Shown one piece after another: positions 12,063 to 25,114 of a stretch of 64,000 bases of DNA; within the stretch, counting starts at the first letter, position 1; every line of letters starts with the position of its first letter. The stretch is from the human T2T-CHM13v2.0 reference genome, Homo sapiens. Location of the stretch: assembly GCF_009914755.1 (NCBI RefSeq), contig NC_060927.1; one strand, 5' to 3'. Position numbers and translations under genes: made by a program. The notes under the pieces were generated by a model. That model had not been told where the DNA came from. It saw only the letters and a list, made by a program, of their open reading frames with translations, and did not search any database.

Positions 12063-13968
12063 ACTCGAAATGAGGGTGCTGTTTAAGCAAAATAGCTCAG
12101 CCATTAGTGTACCCTGATGGCAATTTCCTTAAGGGGCAGCACTTTGAATTCACAAATGGAGCTGCCTGAGATGCAATTAATACAGGTCCACAGATAGATA
12201 AGCACTAAATACCCACTGCTTGGTGACTTGGCCTCCCTGCTGATTTGTGGATAAGAGACAATGATTATTGAATAGCATTGTTACTGAACAGTATGTGAGG
12301 ATTCAAGGCGTTGTTACCTCCTGACTCCAATTTGAAGCTCCTCATAGTAGGAAATGAAAAAACGAGTGGGAGAGGGGGAGTGAAAGAATGTGTCATCCAC
12401 TGAAATTAACAGACCTCCATTATTCCTTTGATCTGAAGCTCCACAAAGACTTGTTTTTTAGGGACAGAGATCCAACCTTCCCCGACAGTAGAGAAAGAGA
12501 CAGATGATTGTTTTGGTGTCATCACAGGTTTTGCTCAGCACTGTAATGTCCCACCTAATTTTAAAAAGTGGTAAAGAGAATCTTCAAGTTTCATATCAAA
12601 TATTTTAAAATCCCAGCAGAAATTGCATATTCATTAAAGAAAAACAAGTTTCTTTGCTTTGGGATGAATTGTATCAACTCAGAAGCTCTAACTGGCAGCA
12701 CAAACATGGAGTGGTGTGTGTGCATGTGTATAAACACAAACATATACATTTATATACACACACATACATGTACATATAATCTTTCATTAATAACAAGTAA
12801 GGAAGCTTTCAAAAGTATCTCAAAGTATAAAATTCAGCCAGGCAAAAGCAGCAAGAGGGGATCCTTCTACCCTGTGCACGCACACGCAGCTATCAGCCAT
12901 GATTTTTCACCTTAAAACACATGCATGGTTGTGTTTTCTCATCCTTCCTGGAAGGTGAATAAAATTGAGACCCATTATTCTCCTTCCACAGGCCAAGTAA
13001 CCAGCACAAGGGGTTTAGAGGCTTATTCACAACCCCACAACCCATGTGCTGCCATTTCTCCTCACATATGAAGCTGCAACATTGTTTGGAATCTGTTGTT
13101 TAGGTTTGGGGAGAAGCCACTTAGAAATTATTCAGTCCAGAATCACTTGTTTTAAAACTATAGAAACCAAGATCCAACCAGGTTAATGGCTTGGTCACAC
13201 TGAACCTGGTTTGTATCAGAACAAAGGCTGGAATGTTAGTTTTCTCCTAAAGAGAGTTTACCAGGGCTGGAAATTTTTTGCAGATTCTCTGCTGTCTGAG
13301 ATTTCAGCAAAGGGAATAAAACTTGTGATTTGAATATAACTTGTCTAATCTATCACTCCAGAAAATTTTCCATCCCTTTTCATATCCCCTCAGGTATATT
13401 TATGTTCTTCAGCCATAGCATTTGGAAACAGAAAGCCCACTGCTTGTTGCAATAGAATGTAAATAACAAGAAAATGCAACTCTCTGGATTTTCCCCAATC
13501 AGATCAATTTTCTGACAAGTAACAAACTTATAAATAATGTAGATGCTTTAAACATATTTAACTCAAATTAGGATGTTACACTATTTACTCTTTGATTGAT
13601 GGTTTTAAAATATGTTATTATTAGTGACAAGATAGAATGAACAATTTATCTTGTGAGTGATAAAAATCAAACATCAATTCCTTGCCCTGATTCTTGGTTT
13701 TCAACCACATAAATATATTTTTGAAACCTTTTAAATCTAGAACGGAGAGCTTCAACTGGTCTGTTTTGTTTGTGATGCATGTAATACAACTTGTTACTTG
13801 AAATTTCTTTGCAGTTGTAAAGTGAACTTTTGTAATATTTTGAATCACTTTTCAGAGTACACAGACTTTTTATAGGCTTCTCTTATAATAATAGGTTTTA
13901 CTCACCAATCAAATATAGGAGAAACCACCAAAATGCTTTAAAGAACAATAGAAGGTTTACTCTTTTAA

Positions 13969-14291
13969 AAAAAATTAAAAAGAATTTTTTTCTTAGAGAC
14001 AGGGTCTCACTCTGTCACTTAGGCTGGAGTGCGGTGGTGCTCGCAGCCTCCTTCTCCTGGGCTCAAGGTCTCCTGCTGTCTTAGCCTCCTGAGTAGCTGG
14101 GACTACAGGTGAGTGCCGCCACACCTGGCTAATTTAAAAAAAAAATTTTTTTTTTTTTTTTTTTTAAAGAAGAGGACTCAGCATCTTGCCCAGGTTGGTC
14201 TTGAATTCCTAGGCTCAAGTGACCCTTCCCACTATGGCCTCCTGGCCTCCCAAAGTGCTGGGATTATAGGCATGAGCCACAGCTCCAGGCC
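13969..14291 (-). mobile_element. AluJ
   Basis: Reverse Alu with J features (agggtctcactctg, ggctcaagtgacc); shared flank gtttactctt on both sides (TSD). Confidence 0.85.
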
Positions 14292-15084
14292 AAAACGTTT
14301 ACTCTTATAATTATTTCCTTATAGATCCTGAGCTTTGAGATCACTACTCCTGTTTCTCACCACTCCAGCAACAGAAGTATCCGTTAAGGAAGGTAATTTG
14401 ATTTGCTAAGGCTTGTTATTCACAAGTGTCTCTGACATAATACTAACTGACCAAACTCCAGGGCTAGAGCTACATGGGGCTAATTCTGAACAATCTACGG
14501 AAATATTTCTGACAATCACCTAGTTATCTGCTCTATTCAATACCAGAGAATTGTTATAACTTACTCTTCATCTATGGCCCTGCAACCTACCCACTAATCC
14601 CTATCACCTCGATATATGGACTGGCTTTACACTGTTAGCACTGAACTGAAACGTACACCGTTCTGCAAGTCCCCATTTGATTTGAGTTGAGCAGGCTTTG
14701 AATTCAGTTGTAAGGCAGAACTTGGCCTTTATTTACAGATGGTTTCATGAACCATCTGCAAATGAGGGTCAAGAATAATAAATGGCCCAACAGTTGATGA
14801 TGTGATTTCTTAACAACTCTACTTCTCTGGGGAAAAAAGCACCTGCTATTATCAAGCTTGATTTGATCTTTGAGGATGCAGCACAGAAAGAATAGGTGCC
14901 TCTTCCTTTATGAAACTGAGGTTCAGAGGAAGAGGAAAGAATTAAGTTTATTAAGCTATATAATAGACTGTTAATTGAGTGACTAATATATGCCCAGCAC
15001 CTTGGCCAGTTGCTTGGCATAGAATGAAAAAAGATAACGAGCAATCTACCGGGGGTAACAGAGAAGTAAACAAACTATTACAAT

Positions 15085-15210
15085 CCAGTGTAGAAGGCCA
15101 TTTTCTAGCTCTTTGACCCTAGGCAAGTTAGCTGTTTCTTCTTTTCCTCCATTTTTTGTCCATAAAATGGGCATAATGTCCTCCTTTAGTATTGTTACCA
15201 GATAATCACT
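15085..15210 (+). mobile_element. MIR fragment
   Basis: tgaccctaggcaagtta...cataaaatgggcataat. Confidence 0.55.
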
Positions 15211-15989
15211 ACTGAATGACTCAATGGATTCTTTAGTTCTTCCAGCTATTACTTTCTTTGGGAAACACAAAAGATGACTTAGCATTAGCCATCTCCCTCA
15301 AAGAACCAGTGAGTTGAGAAAGGCTTCAATGTGGAAGCTGTCAAGAAAAGCCTTTAGTAAGCTGTTTTCAACAAAGAAACATATGTGTGTTTTTTAAAAA
15401 TCTAATTGCACTACAGAAAATTGCCAAGACCTTGTTGGGAAGAGATTACTCCTTTAAATGGTTCTTTGTATTGGATCTTGGGAATTTATGGGTGGTTTTG
15501 TCTCAGGTGTGTATCAAAGTGACCACTTCTCCCAACACCATCCACCACCACATTTAATCTCAGATCCCCCTGAAGAAAGTAGAGGAAGAACCCAAACAGA
15601 AGATGGTAAAGGCAAGCTTTCCAGGAAGTCACAAATAGCTCAACAGGCTTAATCCTTCACATCAGAAAATTATTCAAACAACACAAAATCCCCAAGACTC
15701 AGTGAAGTGACAAGAGAAGATGAAAAGAGAAGGCAGATTTTTCGCAAAAGGAGTGGTAGGATGGAGGGAAGAGAACTGTATCAATGGAAGCTTATTGTGC
15801 AGACCTTGGGACATACTAAATTCAGTGTATTCAACATTGGCCGGATCTCAGCTAACACAGTTTCTTGTTCAAAACACCCTGTTTGGAAAATGCCTCCTAA
15901 GATACTGGAGGTTAGAAACATGTTAGGTGGGTAAGAGTTGTAGGGCTGTGTTTGCTGGCTGGGAGAAACCCAAGAAGGAACATGGTATC

Positions 15990-16225
15990 CAGAGTTTAGA
16001 ACTGGAGGGTGGTCATAAGGAAGAAAGAAAAAGGATTTAATCTATGTTGCTCTAGAAAGGCAGGGGAACAAAAAGAGGTGGATATTACAAAGAGTCAGAG
16101 CAGCTTATTGAAAAATTGTCCAAAGAATGCAGTAGAAATGGATGATTGTGAGAAGTAGTGAGCCTCCTTCCCTGAAGAAATTTAAACATTCCTTAAGTAT
16201 TCTGTGAAAGGGATATTGATTTGTT
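15990..16225 (+). mobile_element. CR1/L3-type 3' fragment
   Basis: gagaagtagtgagcctccttccctgaagaaatttaaac...gtgaaagggat resembles the CR1/L3 3' end. Confidence 0.4.
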
Positions 16226-17227
16226 CCATATAACAGAAAACAGGTACATGTATTGTTCTTGCCATGGTCAGGGGGAAGTAGGACAAAATAAACAAACAAA
16301 AAACACATACAGGTGTACTTGAGGGAGCAAATTTGGGAAATAAAACGAGATAACTTTTAAGGTGATTTCAAACTAAAACTTTATGGTTTTATAAAAAGCT
16401 GAAGGAAGAAATAAAAGCAGAGACTGTAAGAGGAAGATGGGAAAATGTATAATTAACAATATTTTCTAGCATTTAGTCAGTTATCAAAGCAAAAATTTTA
16501 AAAAGGTTGACAGCACTCAAAATCTGGCACTGGATACTGATTTTGTTAACCAGCACTATTTTTCCAAACTTGACTGTGGCTTCTTCACAAATTCTCAGTT
16601 TGCGATTAGAATGACAACAGATGAAGTTATTCTTGTCTGTGTCGAAAAACTCAACCTTCCCAGGACATAGAAGGTGGCATTTGCAAAACTCATTTAACTC
16701 CTCCGAATTGGGACACAACTCATTTTGCTTTCCCAGATGACCATACAGAAAGTCTAGCAGCCTCTCTATCACATTTAACACGAAGGATCCTTTTCTGGCT
16801 TTGAGGAGGACCTGCAGGTACCTCAAACTCACCACCTGTAAGTCTGAACAAAGGCTCTTATCCAGAACCCTGGCATTATTCCAGTGTCTCTTTTCTTCAT
16901 GAAGGCACCAATTCCCACCCAGAAAACTGAAGTCATTCTGGACACATCCCTACCTCCTCACCTTATGTGATCCGGTGTTAAACTGCCATTTTACATTTTG
17001 AATTGGTTTCAAATTCAGGCATTATCGAGTCCAGTCTAATATATCTCTTCTGGATATTTCTCTAGCTGTTGAAACAGTCTCCCTGTATCTCACTTCCCAC
17101 CAATGTGTAGCCAGAATGGTTATTTTAAAACACAAATCTGACCATATATTTCCATGCTCAAAACCCTTTTATGACTTCCCATTACTAGTACGTCAAACGC
17201 CAAAATACTTAACATGGTTATGCCCTC

Positions 17228-17985
17228 CAAGATCCATTCTCCACCCTTTCCACCAAAGCATGTGCCCCAAGAGGCTGATCTATATGGGCTCCATCAGTGG
17301 ATGAACTTGCTCTCTGGCTTTTAGTTAGATTTGATCAATGGAGGTGAAGGGGCACTGGCAAGAGATCAGAGTGGGGAAGAAGAGTCAGGTTGGGGTATGA
17401 TATGGTTCGGCTGTGTCTCCACCCAAATCTCATCTTGAATTCCCATGTGTTGTGGGAGGGACCCGGTGGGAGGTAATTGAATCATGGGGGCAGGTCTTTC
17501 CTATGCGGTTCTCATGATAGTGAATAAGTCTCGTGAGATTTGTTGGTTTTAAAAATGTGAGTCTCCCTGCACAAGCTCTCTTTTTGCCTGCTGTCATCCG
17601 TGTAAGACGTGACTTGTTCCTCCTTGCCTTCCACCATGATTGTGAGGTCTCTCCAGCCAAGTGGAACTGCAAGTCCATTAAACCTCTTTCTTTTTTGTAA
17701 ATTGCCCAGTCTTGGCTAAGTCTTTATCAGCAGTGTGAAAATGGACTAATATAGGTTCTTTATTCTTTTTCTTTCAGTTCCCTCTCTTTAGGGTCTGTAT
17801 GGGCTCCCTTTGTCCTTTGCTCAAAGGCCACTGCTCCAATCAGGTGGTCCTGTCCACACAGCTCTCTTTCCAGGTTTCTAATAATGACTTCATCTCTTTT
17901 GACTTCAGATGTTAATGGTATTTCACTCTTACTAGCCCTGGGAAACTGAACTACTTCTTACATTTTTTGCCTTACCCTGCCCACA
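17228..17985 (+). mobile_element. LTR33A-like ERVL LTR, split by THE1A
   Basis: tgtgccccaagaggctga...ctctggctt...ggcaagagatcagag...ggggta, resuming tttattc after the THE1. Confidence 0.55.
17398..17753 (+). mobile_element. THE1A MaLR solo LTR
   Basis: tgatatggttcggctgtgtc...cttgaattcccatgtgttgtgggagggacc...gtaaattgcccagtc...ggactaatata. Confidence 0.85.
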
Positions 17986-18653
17986 TAGTCTTCAAGCATC
18001 ACTCTCTTAAGGAAACCATCCTGGACTCTCCTGAAAGAATACGATCTCCTTATTAAAAGCTTTTATAATGCCTATACTTTCATAGCACTCAGCATAGGAT
18101 AAATGATTAATTATGTAATTGATTGTCTTGTGTCTATCTTTCCTGCTAGGATGAGGGCAGGGAACATCTCTGTCTTAGCCATCTCCAGATCCCTGGATCA
18201 TGGACACATAGGTGCTCAGAAGCTACTTGTCAAATGAAAGCCATGAAAAGAGTGGGGAGAGGAAGAATTAGAGAGGAAGGCCAAGGCAGGAATGAGACAG
18301 CCCTGGTCAGAGAGACAAGAAACATCACAAGCCAAGGGCTCCCACACCGCAAGGTCAAGTGAGGGCAGCATCGAGCGTCCTCTCACTGTCATAGAAAACC
18401 TGGGGAGGTATGATAGCAAAACACTGTTTTGTAGGTCTCATTGTCCAAAGAGGTATGATTTGCCAAAGAGAACATCTTCAATTAAATGCACTTTCAAAAT
18501 GTGAGGTCTATACCCAAAAGAGTAAATTGTTTTCTGTCTTACTACACACCAAGCCACCATCGTCCATAGCAACTTCACTGTATTTCACATAAGTGTTACT
18601 TTGAGCCATTTTCAAAAGAGAAATGGTGCTTTTTCTTTGAGACTCAAATGCCA

Positions 18654-18940
18654 TTTTTTTGAGACAGAATCTTACTCTGTTGCCCAGGTTGGATTGCAGT
18701 GGCACCACCATGGCTTACTGTAGCCTTGACCTCCTGGGCTCAAGAGATCCTCCTGCCTCAGCCTCCTGAGTAGCTAAGACTACAGATGTGTGCCACCATG
18801 CCAGGCTCATTTTTTATTATTTGTAGAGATGGGGTCTCCCTATGTTGTCTGAGCTGGTCTCAGACTCCTGGGCTCAAGCAATTCTCCCACCTCAGCCTCC
18901 CAAAATGTTGGGATTACAAGCATAAGCCACTGCACCTGGC
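18654..18940 (-). mobile_element. AluJ
   Basis: Reverse Alu with J diagnostics (gccttgacctcctgggctcaag). Confidence 0.85.
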
Positions 18941-19707
18941 TTTTTTTTATGTCAGTATTTTTTTTTTTAAGGAAAATCACATACTTAGTTTCTTATTAAA
19001 TTTTATCAGTTAATTATCAGTTCACATCAAAGAAGAGATGAGTTAGAGTGTCTTATCCCAGACTCTTGTCAAGTGGAGAAGAGTGGCCAACATTGGTCAG
19101 GGAGATTAGGCAGGACTCAGGCAAGTTTCTCCTTTCAGGAGGTTGTGAGAACCAAGAGGAAGAAGGACACTCAGAAAAAGCACACTATGGAAGCAGTAGG
19201 TCAAAGTTAGGAAATCAGTCCAGAATAGGGTTACCAGTTCAAAAGATGAGGGACAAAGTATTGACACAAAAACAAAACAAATCAATCCTCAGATAAATAA
19301 ACAATCAAGATGACGACCACAGGGGAGATGCTGAGTGAGCAAATATGGAGCAGGCAGAGGGAAAGAAAAAAGAGACAATTCCCAAGGGAGAATATAGGAT
19401 GGTACCAATGCCGTTTATGTGGCTCTTTTGCTGTTGGCTTGCACAACTGAGAGGCCTATGGGAGGCAACAGTAATGTGTTCACTGACCACAACTCGTGAG
19501 ACCAGGGATGGGCAAAGGAGGAAGGGCAAGGAGACGAGGAATGGAGGGGGAGGAAGGCAAATGAATCACAGCCTTCAGCTGCTTCACAATCAGTAGCTCC
19601 TAGAGTTTAAAAAGACTTCCCTGAGAGCCTCCCAGGGTGGGTATGCCATGGCAGAACCCCTTCTGGGATATAAGGGATGTCCTTACACTAAACATAACCT
19701 CATACAG

Positions 19708-19885
19708 ATCAGTGCTTTTCCAACCATGATGTGCATATCAATCATTTAGGTATCTGGTTAATATGTAGACTATTATTCAGTAGATCTGTTGGGGAGGCAG
19801 GTGCTGAGATTATGAATTCTAATACAGTCCCAGTGATACCATGTTGCTGGTCACTGGACTAGATGTTTTGTGTCAAGGTTGTAAA
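19708..19885. mobile_element. MER5A-like MITE
   Basis: cagtgcttttcc...attcagtagatctg...gctgagatt...cccagtgatacc...gctggtc. Confidence 0.6.
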
Positions 19886-21409
19886 CTAAGGTCAAGGTCA
19901 TTTCCTAATGAATGGCTCTGACTATGGCTTCTCTCTTTAATTCCTCAGCTACCATAGAAGTTGAAAATTGGTTGTTGAGTGGCAGTGAGTGTTTATGAAA
20001 TTGTTAGAATTCGTGGCTGACAATAAACAGATTACACATAAAAATTCAGGCTATGAGCTTCTCTTGGAAAATAAGAAGATCTGGCAATGTTGGGCCATTG
20101 TTTTCTCATGGAAACAATGGAAACAATCCATTGGAGCTTAGTGGTGGCTGCCTGGCTGCCTCCTTTTGATGGGGACACTTTCTACACTTGCCAGGCTGAA
20201 CTACCCTTATATCTAAGTGATTTCAATCTTTTACATCACTGGCCTAGTCCCTTTTTGCATTTGTGTTTGTGAATTCTGATATACTAGTTTGAACCAAGAT
20301 GCACCCCATTTGTTGGAAGGTGTTTTTTCTTCCAGTAAAGTCTTTTTAGTAGTCAATGCAATTCTTCATTTCAGAGAGAGCTATATCACTGGGATTGAGG
20401 ATAGAAACAAGTCCATACACACAAAAAATCACATTTTCTGTTGCAAATGGCCTTGTCCATTTGCAGATAAGGAAAGGAAAAATGAATTGTTATACAGAGG
20501 CAAGGTTAGTAGATCTACACTTCACAATGTGGATGCAATATTCTCAGTGGCAAAAATGAATCAGCTGAACATGTTCAACAACAACTGAAGAATCCAGATG
20601 GTTATAGAAAGTTCAAGCCACACAAGTTAAAATCAAATAGGTAATGTGGAGTTAAACAGGAAAAAAAAAAAAGATAGTGCATCCCACCTAAGCCATTTCA
20701 TACGAATTGGCACATTTATCAGTCTCTGACTTGAAAACATTAAGAACAAAAGGAAACATTCAGAGAGAACAACATAAAGCTGAAATAACCCCTTTTTCCT
20801 CTTTGCAATCTTTGGATGTGCAAACTCACCTACTGGTTTGATTTGCACTGTTTACTTACATTTTTCTATTCCTGTTACATATTTCTCTCCCCCACACACA
20901 GGATTTTGAGAAGAAACTCAGGGGAAAATGTTTTCTTTGCATACTTGTTTCATGATTTTTTTGAAACAGTATCCATAACACCAACAGCATCCTCACAGAA
21001 AGAACATTTCTGCCTTTGTTACAGAATGAAGAGGTTTGAATTAAAGGCACAGACACCAATGTGCCCGCGAGATTGGATCAGGTTCAGCTGTGTCCCAGCC
21101 ATCCCAGCAGCTCTCACCTGGAGCTGAAACCCTCATGGAGTGAAATGCCTGGGTTCCACCACCTTCCTGGCCCCTTCCCACGTAACAGCTGAACAGGCAG
21201 GTTCTGCTATTGCCCTTTAAGCCCTTCATAGCACCTCCCACAGGCTTTTCCGGCTCAGTTCTGCAGCTGCTCACCTGGATCAGCCCACGCAGGCAGTATC
21301 TCGTGTATTGAACATTCCCTCTTTTTTCTTCTTTCATCAAAAATTATCAGTCATGAATTCCATTCCTTTAGGGCTTTGATTTCTGAGTTTCGAGGTGACA
21401 ATTGAATAT

Positions 21410-21600
21410 AAGGTAAAGAGCATTTGACTTGAAATCAGAAACTCGGAGTTTAGCTCTAAGCATTCCTATTTAGTAGCTACTTAATCTAGGACGACTTAGC
21501 CCCTCAGTTGTCAGTCTCTTCCTCTGCACAATGAAAACAATACCAACCTAGAGGGCTATTATGCTTACTTCACAGTAGGTAGCTCAATAAATGGTTGTTT
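21410..21600 (+). mobile_element. MIR fragment
   Basis: aaagagcatttgacttgaaatcagaaactcggagttt...tcagtctcttcctctgcacaatg...gctcaataaatgg. Confidence 0.65.
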
Positions 21601-22679
21601 AATCTTAAACGGATAAATGGAACGTTAACTTCTTAATGTGTTCTATAAATTTGTATTTGGTTCTTATAGGACACAACACACACTTACTGAGAAGCTTTAT
21701 CTGTGGGCATTTATGTTCCATGGAAGATAAAGGGCTCAGGTTTTCCTTGTGCGGACAGATCTTTGAAGGTAGTTGAGTGACTTGCCATCTTATAGTCTAC
21801 AAACTTTGGGGTAGGGCTTGCAGCTTCCTCAACACACCTCCATTTCTACTGGGAAACATGTGGGATGCAGTGGCCCAGGGCACCAAATGCACAGGCAAGA
21901 GGCCTGATGATGAAATCAATTGTATATTTAAACCCTGATTTTACTTGGGAAAATGTCCCCTTTTCCTGTGTCTTTAATAAAAATCCATGATGAAAGGCCC
22001 CAAGTAGGGCCTTTCAGGGATGGGAGAAATTCATTAAAAGAGTTCTGGATCCTCAGCATTTAGTTGCCTTTGCCCCAATTAATTGAGACACTATTTTATT
22101 TGAGGATCTGCTTATTTTCCCTAACAGGGAGATGGTGAGATTCTTTACAATGATGTGGCCCAGGGCAGGTATCATATGTTATTCTTCTTCATATCTTCAA
22201 CGCCTAGGTCAGTGCCAGGCATGTAACAGGTGCCGAACAATTTCTTTTTAAGAACATTTATAATAAATGAAAAAGAAGCCATACTGCTATAGTAGTACTG
22301 AACTATCCCCAATTCTGATCCTGCATAAACTTTCCAATTTAAATATTACCCTTCATCCTTCATTCATCAACCCATATGCAGATCAAACATGTAATACCTT
22401 TTGCAGGCCTTTGTGAAGAGGCCTGCAATCAAAGAAATCAATCGGAGTCAGAGGCCTTCATACAGTGAGACCCCTTACAGCTTCCTCCTGGAAAACTGCT
22501 CCCACGATTGCTCCCACTATTGAGTAAATGCCCAATCATTATTCAATTTATATAATAAATTTACTTTTTCTCTCATATGTTGCTGTAATTCCTAACCCTA
22601 ATAGTTGAAATTTTAAAAAGGCTTCCAAATGAATATTCTAAACTAAGCCCCATTTATTTTTGTAAAGATTCTGATACCA

Positions 22680-22828
22680 CATATATAATATATATTATAT
22701 ATGAGATATTACATCTCACATCTTATATAGTATATAAAGTAAATATATGTAGAGTTATATAAGATGCATATATGTACATGTGTACATGTATGTGTCTATA
22801 TGTATTTTATATATGTATTTTTTTTTTC
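22680..22828. repeat. TA/TG-rich low-complexity tract
   Basis: Read directly. Confidence 0.8.
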
Positions 22829-23512
22829 ATATTTGGGTTCTTTACTGGAATTGTGAGGCACACATTCCAAGATTTCTGTCCATATAACTATACACATGGC
22901 AAGTAATCTGAAAAAGCAAAACAGATTTCTACCTAGGTTCAGGGTTGTTCTCTTCTATTCTTTTCCTGCCAATCAAAGTCAGAACTAGGACTATGAGGCT
23001 GGGGCCACCTGAGGAGAATACAGTTGGCTGCCAATGCCTCCGGCCTCACTTGCTGAAGAAAGAACAAATGAGCAGGTGCAGAGTTTTATTTTTTCATTCC
23101 ATCCAGGTGTACCGAGGTGTCAGGAAACCAAGCTTTCTTCCCAGTATAAGCCTCCTTGAAATGTCTCCTAGGCCTGTGGTGTCCTGACACACCCTTTATA
23201 ATTGCAAAGAGCCAGTATCCCTCCCCCTCTCCACCTTCTGTTACTTCCAGCAATCTCTCTCAGCTGCCCCTCCTAACCTCCCCAGCCACCTGTCCTTAAG
23301 GAGTGCCTGTAGTCTTCAGCTGAAACAATGGACAGAGTGCTGGAAAGTGCCTGTCTTAGGTTCTCACATTCAAATCGCTTTTCTGGGTCCAGCCCATATT
23401 GGCTGTCTAGGGATGGGAATAACCAATTTACTATTTTAAAGCTATTGCCCATGTGTAGTTCAATCCTTAAGTATTTTCCTTAAGCCTTATATGGTTAAAA
23501 GAACAAAGTCCA

Positions 23513-23772
23513 AGGCCTGCTATCCCAACACTTGGGGAGGCCAAGGTAAGAGGACCACTTGAGCCCTAGAGTTCGAGACCAGCCTAGGCAACATAGTGAG
23601 ACCTTGTCTCTACAGAAAATAGAAAAAATTAGCCAAGTGTGGTGGTACATTAGTAAATGCCTGTAGTCCCAGCTGCTTGGGAGGCAGAAGTGGGAAGATC
23701 CCTCAAGTTTAGGAGGTCAAGGCTGCAGTGAGGCGTGGGCAACAGTGAGCCACTTCCCCCACACCCCCAAAA
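23513..23772 (+). mobile_element. AluJ, 5'-clipped and internally deleted
   Basis: aggaccacttgagccc, aggtcaaggctgcagtgag; flanking aaagtcca repeated at both ends. Confidence 0.8.
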
Positions 23773-24759
23773 AAGTCCACATTACCAGGTATAATCTTTG
23801 TACCCTAAAGAAGTCCCCTCTTTAAGTGCCTCTTTAAAATCCCCCTGACATCTCCTAACTGCAACCCCAGGCCAGGTCCTCACAGCATGTGGAAGGAAGA
23901 CATACACATGAACCAAGCCAGAAACCCCTCATGTGGGCAGACAGGAGGAGTTCAACTGGGACTTCCATTTCTTCATCTCTTTTATGCCATGGAATAAACA
24001 CTTCGAAGTGCTGAGTTTTCCAGTCTGTGCTACTCTGAAATCTCGGTGGTGCCTGCGCAGGTGCAGGTGTAGGTAGGCAGTCTCTGGAGACGCGGTCATC
24101 AAGAGTAAAGAGAAAGATCTGGAGGTGAGCCCTGATAGTCCTCCCCTGGGCACTCAGGAGGGTGGTGTATTATTGTGGTGATGCCACAGAGGTGAGAAAC
24201 CTCTCCTTCAGCTACCTCCCCAGAACTTCCTTGAAGCAGCCACGTCTTTACGGAGTCCCTCACACGAGCCTCGGGCAGAAGTGACGGGTAGATTCAGGAA
24301 TGCCTTGGTTACAAGGCTCAGCAGTGGTGGAGAGGGAGGAAGGAGAAAAATAGCCACATGGTAACAACTCAGAGCAAGAAGAGAAAGTGGAGAGCCCTTG
24401 CTGAGGTGACTTTAATACACTTGGAGTCCAATGGACATCAGACAGAGGTAAATGAGGAAAAGCCTAGCAAACACGTTATTTTTTTAAACAGAAGGTGTTT
24501 ACATTTCAGCAATCCGACTAGGCAGCATCTAAAACAAAAACGTTATTTTAAAGATGGCTTTCAAGAAAAAATTTTAAAAGTAAACACAACTTTTAAAAAG
24601 TGAACAAAGGGTAGCAGTCAGTATCTGTTAAATTTCACAGAATTTGATGGATGGGGGAGAAGTGTATCAAACTGCAATTTTGTCAGGTTCAAAACTGGGT
24701 AGCACTCCCCGTTCTTCTTAATCCAGTAGTTTTTTTGCAGGTTAAAATAAGTCATCATT

Positions 24760-25114
<355 letters not shown>

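Larger units (their letters stand above)
16890..18245 (+). mobile_element. L2 split by nested LTR33A-like and THE1A LTRs (L2 parts ~16890-17225 and ~17990-18245)
   Basis: ttttaaaacacaaatctgaccat...gctcaaaacccttt; 3' end gagggcagggaac...cacataggtgctcagaa...aaatgaa. Confidence 0.65.

Noticed and set aside
17648-17660. PRDM9 hotspot motif position in THE1A
   Set aside because: Reads TCTCTCCAGCCAA, several mismatches from CCTCCCTNNCCAC.
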